A stretch of DNA of 60,515 bases, the filler included. It is 4 parts of 4 records of this genome, joined end to end, with 100 filler letters (N's around TTAATTAATTAA, not from the genome) between each part and the next. Parts side by side here need not be neighbours in the genome. Positions count along the whole stretch, not along the records: positions 27,020 to 52,817 come from SRR2962707_4455; 3 more parts are not named here. One strand, written 5' to 3'. The notes beneath the pieces were generated by a model. That model ran no database searches. It was not told the origin of the DNA and worked only from the letters and a program-made list of their open reading frames with translations. The translations under genes were made by a program, and so were the position numbers. Positions within the stretch are counted from its first letter, which is position 1, and the number at the start of each line of letters is the position of its first letter. Shown piece by piece: positions 39,135 through 49,100 of the stretch.

Positions 39135-39886
39135 TCCCTGGATTCTCCTTGGCAGGATGGCGTGCCCGGATGGAGTAGCAGTGTGATCGGTTGCGGCATG
39201 CCGGGCGGCGGTGGCGGCAGGATCAGATCCTTGAAGCTGGCGCGGACGCTTGCTCCCCACCGTGCCTCGGCGTCGCCGTCCGGAAAGTGCACCCGGGTTA
39301 CCCGGCCTTGAGGGTCGGCCCACAATTGCACCACCAGGCGAAACTGTCCCAGTTGTTCCGGTTGATGGCGACACAGGCCGGTCAGCACCGATTGTTGCAG
39401 TGAGCGGGCATAAGCGGGCGGCACCACGGATCGAGTCTTGGATGCGACGGTTTTGGCGTCGTCGTGCTGGGCAGGTACCAGCGTCAGGGCGGAATCGGTC
39501 AACCGGCGGCTGGTCAGCCCGGTACCGTTCAGCAATATCGTCAACGCCTGATCCGGAGGGAAATGGCCCCGTACGGCGCTGGCGGTTTTGTCCTGGATGC
39601 GATCACTGGTAACCAAGATCGATATCCCCGTTTGCTCACTGAAAGTCTCCAACGACAGCGGTAAAGGCTGCGCGGGAAGATCAAAAAAGGGGGCGCCGTC
39701 ATTGGCGTAACCGGCCAGGGTCGATGCCAGCATCAATCCCGTCCCCACCAGCCGCAACAAACGGAGAAAGAGGCTCCGGTCGGCGAAAGAGGCGGTGATC
39801 GTCACGGGAAAGACGGCACTGGCATGGTCACCTGTAGACACTGCATCCGGGTCTTGAACCGGTGGATTCAATCCGTGCTCCACCAT
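39131..39886 (-). CDS. STN-domain + TonB-C-like periplasmic protein without a beta-barrel (VreA-like)
   Basis: Signal-like LLRLVGTGLMLASTLAGYA, STN FDLPAQPL..F..QTGISIL..VRG..AL..LL.GTGL, C-domain LWADPQGRVTRV..PP.GMPQP; start 39886 or 39805. Confidence 0.85.
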   Translation of the reverse strand: MVEHGLNPPVQDPDAVSTGDHASAVFPVTITASFADRSLFLRLLRLVGTGLMLASTLAGYANDGAPFFDLPAQPLPLSLETFSEQTGISILVTSDRIQDKTASAVRGHFPPDQALTILLNGTGLTSRRLTDSALTLVPAQHDDAKTVASKTRSVVPPAYARSLQQSVLTGLCRHQPEQLGQFRLVVQLWADPQGRVTRVHFPDGDAEARWGASVRASFKDLILPPPPPGMPQPITLLLHPGTPSCQGESRE

Positions 39887-39954
39887 GCAGGCTCTGTATG
39901 TCAAATCCGTGTCGTGCACTGTAGAACCCGACACTGCCTGGATTGTGCCCCTTG

Positions 39955-40002
39955 ATGAACTTTCCGTGAAAAAACGGCGGTCGTGGGGCGGGCCGATCAT
40001 CT
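39955..40002 (+). promoter_or_regulatory. Putative PhoB + ECF-sigma promoter of the TpsA gene (repeat pair also faces the sigma operon)
   Basis: ATGAA(39955)-N6-GTGAA(39966)-N7-CGGT(39978)-N16-CATCT(39998); same spacing as 28234-28281. Confidence 0.6.
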
Positions 40003-40165
40003 TTCTCACAAAGACCGTTCACGCTGGAGCCGATGCCGCGCCGGGGGCCGTTGGGGTTGTGCCGTGGCCGCCGTCGCTAGCGTGTAGGGATGCGGGGCGC
40101 GCCCGTCGCGTGCACCGCCATCGCCTTGGTGGTCGTCCACAGTCGTTGTTGAGAGCGCCTATTTC

Positions 40166-43100
40166 ATGCTGACCAAAAACACCAGACCGGCCCGCCGCAC
40201 TCCGGTACGTTCCGTGATTTCCCGCAAGCCTCTGGCCCTGGCCGTGGCCTCGATTCTGGCGGTGGGTGCCGGGCAGGCCGAGGCCAGCAGCCCGCGCCCG
40301 TTCAGCCCGGAGTGGTTCGCCGCCGCCCGTGGCGCCGCGGCGCAGAACCGCGCCAATACCGCCCCCACCGCCCGGCCTCTGGCCCAGCAACGGCAAGCTC
40401 GCGAGCGCTTGCAGCACTCGATCAACAATGTTGGCCGCACCGCCGCTGCCGTGGCCGCCCAGAGAGCGGCGCAGGAAGCGGCCCGCAAGGCCGCCCAGCA
40501 GGCCGCGTCGAACATTCCCAACGGCCTCGGAGAAGGCGGCCTCAAGGTCGATGTGAACCCGGACACCGCCGGTTGGCTGGGCGCCAAGGATCCGACCCAG
40601 ACCACCAAGGACGGCCACACCACCGTCCGCATCGAACAAACCGCCGACAAGGCCATCCTCAACTGGGAGACCTTCAACGTCGGCCGTGACACCACCGTGG
40701 ACTTCGATCAGCAGGCCAACTGGGCGGCGCTGAACCGGGTCAACGACCCCAACGCCCGCCCCAGTCAGATCCAGGGGCGGATCCAGGGCGACGGCACGGT
40801 GATGATCGTCAACCGCAACGGCGTGGTGTTCAGCGGCTCAAGCCAGGTCAACGTGCGCAACCTGGTGGCCGCCGCCGCCGACATCAGCGACCAGCAGTTC
40901 ACCGAACGCGGATTGTACGTGGACACCAACGGCTCCCAGCCCACCTTCACCACCGCCGCCGGCAACGTGACGGTGGACGCTGGCGCCCGCATCACCACCC
41001 ACGAACCGGAATCGGTGACCCAGGGCGGCGGCTATGTGCTGCTGATGGGCCGGGAGGTGAACAACGCCGGGGAAATCACCACCCGCCGGGGCCAGACCAC
41101 CCTGGCCGCCGGTGAGGACTTCTACATCCGCAAGGGAGCGGGCACCGAAGCCAACCAGGCCTCCACCACCCGTGGCAACGAAGTGGCCAGCACCTGGGAA
41201 GCCGGCAGCGACGCCGGCACCGCCACCAATGAAGGCCTGATCGTGGCGCGGGAAGGGGACATCACCCTTACCGGTCACGACGTGCGCCAACAGGGCGTGG
41301 CCATGGCCACCACCACGGTGAACACCCGCGGCACCGTCCATCTGCTCAACTCGGCCAGCGACACCGAAGGCAAGGTGACCCTGGGCGAGGGGGCGGTGAC
41401 CACGGTGGTGATCGAGGACGATGGCGAGACCGCCCTGGACAATCAGCGTGACGCCTTGATCGAGTCGTCGGCGGAACTGGATGGCCTGCGCGATGACATG
41501 ATCACCGGCGCCTTCGACAACATCGGCCTGATGGCCGACCGCCGCGACCAGTCCCGGGTGGAAATCGTCTCCGGCGGCGACGTGGTGTTCGAGAAGGATT
41601 CCCTGACCCTGGCCACCGGCGGCCAGATCGCCGTGGACGCTGGCCGCCGCACCCAGCTGAACGCGGGCTCGGAACTGGACGTGTCCGGCTCCGTGGGTGT
41701 GAAGGTGGCGATGGAATCCAACAACGTCCTGATCAACGTGCAGGGTAATGAGCAGCGGGATTCTCCGGACAACCGCGATAACGGCGGACTCAACAATGGC
41801 GATGTCTGGGTCGATCGCCGCAACCTGATCTTCGTGCCCGCCGGCACCGGCGGCTACGAAACGGATCGGTGGTATACCGCCGGCGGTCTGTTGGAAGTGA
41901 GCGGCTACCTGGATACCCAGGGCCACGGCATCGGGGAATGGTCGGCGGCGGGCGGCACCGTGCTGCTCGGCGGCAGTGAAGTGGTGACCCAGACCGGCTC
42001 GTCGGTGAACCTGTCCGGCGGTACCCTTGATGTGCAGACCGGCTATATCGCCAAAACCTGGCTCAAAGGCGCCGACGGCAGACTGTACGACGCCGCCACC
42101 GCCCCGGCGAGCATGCTTTACACGGGTATCTATCAGGGCTATGAACGGGTCAGCGAACGCTGGGGGCAAACCGACGCCTGGCGTAATCCGCTGATCGCGC
42201 CGGAGCGTCAACTGGAGAACGGCTACACCGTGGGCCGCGACGCCGGCACCCTGATCATCAACGCCCCCACCGCCGTGCTGGAGGGCGACATCGTCGCCGA
42301 AGTATTCCAGGGCGAGCGCCAGAACCAGGCCCAGGACGCCGGCCGGGACAGCTACCAGCAAGCGCAGAACCGGGTGGCCCGCCGTGGCCGCCTGGCGGTG
42401 GGGCAGTATGGCCAGTACGGCCTGGAAAACGCCTACGGCAGCGATATCCGCATCGGTGAGTTCGACGACATCAGCGAACAGCTCACCCTGGAATCCGACC
42501 TCAGCGAACGGCTCAACACCGTCTGGCTGGACGCCGGCCGCTTGAATGAACAGCGCCTCGGTGGCCTGGATTTGGTGTCCGGCGGCAGCATTTCGGTGGA
42601 GAGCGATCTGACTCTGGCAGAGGGCGGGCAGTTGCGTCTGGTGTCCGGGCAGGTGGCGGTGGATGCCGCTGTCACCGCCCGGGGCGGGGATACTGCGCTG
42701 ACCAATATATTGATGCCTGCCGGCACCAGTCTCACTCCGATAGCGTTCACCGATGAGGACGGAAACAGCGAATTGCATCTGACCGAAAACGGCCAGTTGG
42801 ACGCCCGTGGCCTGTGGCGCAACGGCCTGTTGGAAAGCGGTGAGAACTGGAAGCAGGCCTATGTGGATGGCGGCGATGTCACCATCGAAGGCACCCAGGA
42901 TGTGACTTTGGCGGAAGGGAGCCAGGTCGATGTGTCCTCCGGGGCCGCCTTGAAGGCGGACGGAGAACTGCTGGGAGGGCGTGGCGGGGACATCACCTTG
43001 AGTGCCAGCGTGGCATTGAACGGCAGTATCGCCCCGGATGCCGCTTTGAGCACAAACGGTACCCTCAGAGGTTATGGCGTGGACGGCGGCGGCGTGCTGA

Positions 43101-46100
43101 CCATTGAATCCGGGCAGGGTCAGGCCATTGTCCTCGGTGGCACGCCCGGGAATAGCGAAGAGGCTTCCGGCGAGGAACCGGCGTCGATGTTGAGGCTGGA
43201 TGAGGCGTTGCTGCAAAGCGGCTTCAGTGCCTATGACATCAACGGCCGTGGAGGCTTGACGGTGTCCGGAGGCGCTGATCTGGCGGTGATGATGCCGGTT
43301 TTGCGTCGTACGGATCAGGCCGCGCGGGCCAATAGCCTTAACCAGGCTTTGGCACTCTGGCTGCCACCGCTCTATCTGGAGGACCCCCTGGCCGGCACCG
43401 CGCAACAGCGCCGAGGAGCCAGCCTGACCTTGACCTCGGAACGGCGTGGTGTTTTCGGCGACATTCAGGTTCAGAGTGGGGCTGAAATCAGCGTCGATCC
43501 GGGGCAGTCCATAGTGATTTCCGGTGGCAACACCGTTGCCGTGGAAGGCACCCTGAGAGCGCCTGGCGGAGAAATCGCCATTCTGTCGAGCTTTCGCTAC
43601 GAAGGGACCCTGGTGATCGGTGAGACGGCGGTGCTGGACGCGGCGGGCCGGGCCTATGTGATGACCGGGCCGGCCGGGCGCCGTTATGGTGAAGTCTGGG
43701 ATGGCGGCACCGTGACTCTCGGCGCGTACCGCCCCGAGGAGATGAACAGTGGCACGGGTTTTCTTGAGTTGAGCGATGCGTTCGTGGTGGTACGCGAAGG
43801 CGCTTTGATCGACGTATCCGGTACCCGTGCGGATCTGGATCTGGGAACGTCCGGATCGACCTCCGTGGCAAGCTCGGGAGGCGGTCTGGCGATGCGTTCC
43901 ACATCGGGTATCTATTTCGACGGTACGCTCCGTGCCGATGCCGGTGGCGATGACGCAGACGGTGGTCGCCTTGATCTGATGCTCGAGGGCAACGCCATCT
44001 ATACCTCGGATCCCGACGATCCGCGTGCGGTTCTACGTAATATCACCATCAGTCAGAACGGTGATTCCGGTTACGGCGAGGAACTGACTTTTGGCCAGGC
44101 TCGCATCGCGGTGAATGATCTTGAGAGCATGGGGATCGACCATCTCGCCCTCTGGGCCCGGGACGGCATTCTGTTCGATGGGGACACCGAGTTGGCGCTG
44201 GGCGGCAGTTTATCCCTGTCCGCGGCTACACTGGCGGCGGCTTCGGACACGCCAGCGATCAGTGTGGCATTGGATGCCCCCTATGTGACCCTGGCGGGCC
44301 GGACCACTTTGCCTTCCAGTGCTGATGGCGGCGGTATTTTTCCCCGTCTCGATTACGATAACTGGGCGCCGTTATCGGCAGCGACGTCTGATTCCAGCCG
44401 TTTCACGGTGACCGCGGATCTTATTGATCTGGGGGAAGGCGCTCTGACATTCGGGGCCCAGGGGCGTTATGAAACGCCCGCCGGGTATGCCGAGGTGGAT
44501 TTGCCGGGTTTCGCCTCCGTGACGTTACACAGCCGCGGTGATATCCGCCTTACCAACGCGGACGTTATGACCGGCAAAGAACTGCGTTTTATCTCCGAGC
44601 GATTGTACCCCACCACGCACAGCTCGAACCTGATCCGTGTGGGGCTCAGCGGTGAAGGGCGTGATGCTGATCCGATCGAAGATGCGGTGTTGCGTTTCGA
44701 GCGGGAAGGGGAAGGGGACGTGGCGGCGCCGCTGTCCGTGTTCGGCTTCCTTACCCTGCAGGCGCCGCGAATCGAGCAGGCCGGCGTGCTACTGGCACCG
44801 TTGGGAAGGATCGACTTCTCCCGGGATGGGACGGAACGGAATCTGAAGTACAACACGTCTCCCCGGTATTTCAGCAATCTGGACATGGACGTACAGCTCG
44901 AGGCCGGCAGTATCACCTCGATCAGCGCCGCCGGTTTAGTGTTGCCCTACGGTTATACCACCGATGGATTGAAATACTTCTATAACGGTTCGGAGGTGGT
45001 TTACGACAGGTCCGGTGGCGCTGGCAGCCAAGGTGATGAACAGTCTCAGAGGGCCTGGGGCGGCATCTACTTCGATTCCCGAACCTTCGCGGCCAGCGAG
45101 GGCGCCGTGGTCGACGTCAGTGCCGGCGGAGAGCTGAGAGGCGTGGGGTTCACCTCCGGACGGGGCGGTTCCGTGGACATCCTCAATACCGCTCTGGTCA
45201 ATGCGTCCCCCTGGCACGCTGGTGACAGCAATGCCCGGGTTTACGCTATCGTCCCCGGTCTGGCCGAGGGCCAGGCCCCTCTCGACCCGGCCCTGGATAC
45301 GGGTTCCAAGGTGGGTCAGCAGATCGCCATTGGCGACGGTGTGCCCGGCCTGGCGGCGGGCACCTATACCCTGCTTCCAGCGGAATACGCCTTGATGCCC
45401 GGCGGGTTCCGGGTGGAACTGGGGAGTGACGCCGCCCAATACGCCGTACCCGGTATTGCCACGGCGGCCTCGGGTGTGTATCGGACCGTGGTGGAAACCA
45501 CCAATGCCCTTACCGGGGCAGCCGGAAAACTGCCGTTATGGGCTTCGGTGATGTCCGGCGATACGGTGCGCCGTTACGCCAGCTATAACGAAACCACCTT
45601 GTCCCAATGGATGGCCACGCAGTTGGCGCGTTTCGGCGATACCTCGATCATGCAGCCTTTGCTTCCGGAACAGGCTCGCCCGCTGGTGTTCGATTTCACC
45701 AATGCGGAGCTGACCGGGAAGGCGGCCTTCCAATTCGCGGGAACCCTGGTGAACGAACGGGTGGAGGGCGGCCGTGGTGGATTGATCTCGTTCCATGGCA
45801 ACCACCTGGAAGTACTGGGTGAGGGCAGTGACGGCACGGATGACCGTGTTTCCCTCGATGCCGGCCAATTGAACGATCTGGACGCCAGCGTGCTGGCCTT
45901 GGGTTTGACACCACCCGGGGCCACTGGAACTGCGCGCTCATCGGGTAGCACGACAGTGCGCTCCGGGGCCACTTTGCGCGCCGGGACTCTGTTGCTGGCC
46001 GGTAATGGCGCGGACGCGGTGGTGGTGGAATCCGGCGCGGTCCTGGACAGCCGGGAACGGGGTGCGGCCGGCTGGACCGCGGAAAATGGTTTTCTGATCG

Positions 46101-49100
46101 ACACTGATAGTGGTACCGGTCTGCTGGTGATCAGTAACGATCTGATGCAGCTCGGCGCGGCCGAAGGTCCTGGCAGTGTGCGCATCGAGGATGGGGCGGC
46201 GCTGCACGGCGAAGGCACCGTGGCGCTGGCGGCGCCCGGCGGTATCACCGTCGGCGATATCGATCTGAGCGCAAGGGATCTGCTGCTCTCGCTGGAAGAC
46301 ATTAATATTGGCACTGACGACGCCTTGGCCGAGGCGGAGGCGAGGGGTGTGCTGTCCGACGGCTGGCGGCTGAACCAAGGTATCCTGGATGGTTTGCTCG
46401 CTTTGGGGGAACTGGAGAGCTTCAGTCTGCAGGCGGCCGGCGCCATTAATTTCTTCGGTCCCGTGACTTTGGATACCTACGACCCCGCCACCGGCGAATC
46501 CCGCGCCGCCCTGCGTTTTATCTCCCCGGCCATTTACGGTCTGGGCGGTGAAGGCGACACCGTGACGATCCGTACCGACCGCTTCAACTGGAGCGGGCTG
46601 GGTGAAAATCGGGGGACCCCTTTCGTTCCGGATTATGTCTCGGTGACGCCGGGCGAGGTTATCGATGGCGGCGCGGGGACCGGCAGCGGCGGCTTCCTGG
46701 TGGACGCCAATGAAGTGGTGTTTGGCTTCAATGGTCTGGTGGGCGATCAAACCGCCAACGCCACCCTGGAGCGTCTGATGTTGGGCTTCGGTGAGGTCAC
46801 TTTCCAGGCTCGGGAAAGGATCACCAGCGACCTGTACGGTGCTTTGTCCGTTTACCGGCAGGATAGCGATGGCACACGCAGCGGCGGTAATCTGACCCTG
46901 AGCTCCCCGGTGCTCACCGGCCAGGCCGGTTCCGAAATGACCTACCGGACCGGCGGCAACCTGCTGGTTACCCGGCCTGCCGATGCAGCCGCCGTGGACC
47001 CGGCGGACCTGGATCTGGGCGCTCAACTGACCTTGGAAGGCAACAGTGTCCGTGTCGAGGGCAGCATCATCGCCCCCAGCGGCAAGGTGGCCATCGAAGC
47101 CACCGAGGATCTGCTGCTGGCCGACGGCAGCCTGATCAACGTGGCCGGCCGGGCGGTGGAGTTCTTCGATGTCACCCGGTACAGCTTCGGTGGCGCGGTC
47201 AGCCTGGAAAGCGTTGAAGGCAATGTCCAGCAGGTCGCGGGCTCCCGTATCGATGTGTCCGCGCCATACAGCGACGCGGGCAAACTGGAAGCCACCGCCG
47301 TCAACGGCACCGTGGACCTGGCTGGTGAGCTGGTTGCCCGTAATCCAGGGGAGGACCCGGAAGGGGAGGGCGAAGGCGGCACCCTACGTATCAAGGCCAA
47401 TACCTTGCCCGGTTTCGTGGCGCTCAATCAACGCCTCACCGACGGCGGCTTTGATTACCTGCGCGGCTTCGAAACCAACGAAGGCGACCTGACTCTGGGC
47501 GAGGAAGTCCGCGCCCGTCATATCGAGGCCACCGCCAACGGCGGTGACCTGATCGTCAACGGCAATCTGCGCGCTGGTGGCGACTACGCTGGCAGTATTT
47601 ACCTGGCCGCCGCCAATGATCTGAGGGTGGAGAACGGCGCTACCCTGGACGCCAGCGGCGATCAACTCAAGCTGGACAGCTACGGCGACCCCATCGAAGG
47701 CAGCAACCGGGCCGTTATCAATCTGACCAGCCGGGATGGCCGTCTGGTGCTGGGTGATAACGTGACGTTGGATGTGAGCGCGGGCGGTGAAGCCCGTGGC
47801 ACCGTCGATCTGAATGCCCGCCGCCTGGGTGCACCTTCTGAAACATCGGCAACCGGCAACGATGTGGCGGTGGAGGCCGGTGACAACCTGACGGTCTCCG
47901 GCGCCAAGCGGGTGTCGGTGAACGGATTCTGGAGCTACGACGATGCTCCGGATGACACCGATCCGGAGCACGGCAACACCCAGGTGGTCAACCAGGAGTA
48001 TCTGGATCGGATCCATGATGACAGTAAGGACTTTATCAACGCGGCGTTGGCCAATGACGAGTTGCAACAGCGCTTGGCGAGCCTGAAAGACGCCGCCGGC
48101 GAGGCCTTCTCTCTGCGCCCGGGCGTGGAGATCGTCTCCGCCACCGAGGACGGCAATCTGCGTATCGATGGTGATCTGGATTTTGCCGGATACCGCTACG
48201 GACCGGACGCCGATGACGTTGTGTACGGTAGCGGCACCGCCGGGGTGTTCGTGATGCGCGCCGGGGGTGACCTTGATGTGAATGGCAATGTCACCGATGG
48301 TTTCTATCGGCCACCGACCACTCCGGATGACAATTACAATCCAGTTGTTGATATAGATCCCTCCCTGGTGGATGGGAATAACCGCCTATTGGCACCATAT
48401 GTAGTCGATGAAGAAATGACGTTAAAGGCAGGCTGGGACCTGGCTATGGTCTACACCTATGGTGGGTCCTTGCCGTTTGATCTTAATGTTAATACAAGAA
48501 TCATAGTCAGAAGCGGAGGGGTGTTACCTGTTGACGTAATCACAACTAGAGCTCAGCTGCGTGATACGACCCTCACGGCTCCGATCTTGCTTCCTGAAGG
48601 CGCAACAGTAACAGACCGAAACGGGACTGCTTATGTCGGCCGGATTGATTCTGGAACCTACATAGAAAATATTCTGTTACCGGCCGGTTCTGTTTTTTCA
48701 GCCGGTAGCGAAATATCTGGCATGGCTCAGATCTTTATTGATTCACTCACGCTTCCTGCTGGAAGCGACCTATTCGGCCTGCAGATTCAGAGGGCGGATG
48801 AGTTTAACGAGTCGAAAACGCTGCTTCCGCAGGATCTGTTGCCTCGAGGAATGACGATAAATGGATTCGAAGGAAGCCTCCAGACCCAGAGAATTGTTGC
48901 TGTTGCGTCCTTGTTGCCGGAAGGAATGCAAAGCTGGGATCTGAAGCTGGTCGCCGGAGCGGACCTGGCCGCGGCGGACCGCCGTTCAACACTCGAGGGC
49001 AGCGAGGGTGACCTGACGCTGAGTAACCCTTTCCAGGTGAGACATCATTCGGGGAGCGCCGATACCCTGGAGGGAATCAGTGTGATCCGTACCGGCAGCG

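Noticed and set aside
40838-43405. 855-aa minus-strand ORF
   Set aside because: Antisense shadow of the GC-rich TpsA gene; no recognisable motifs.
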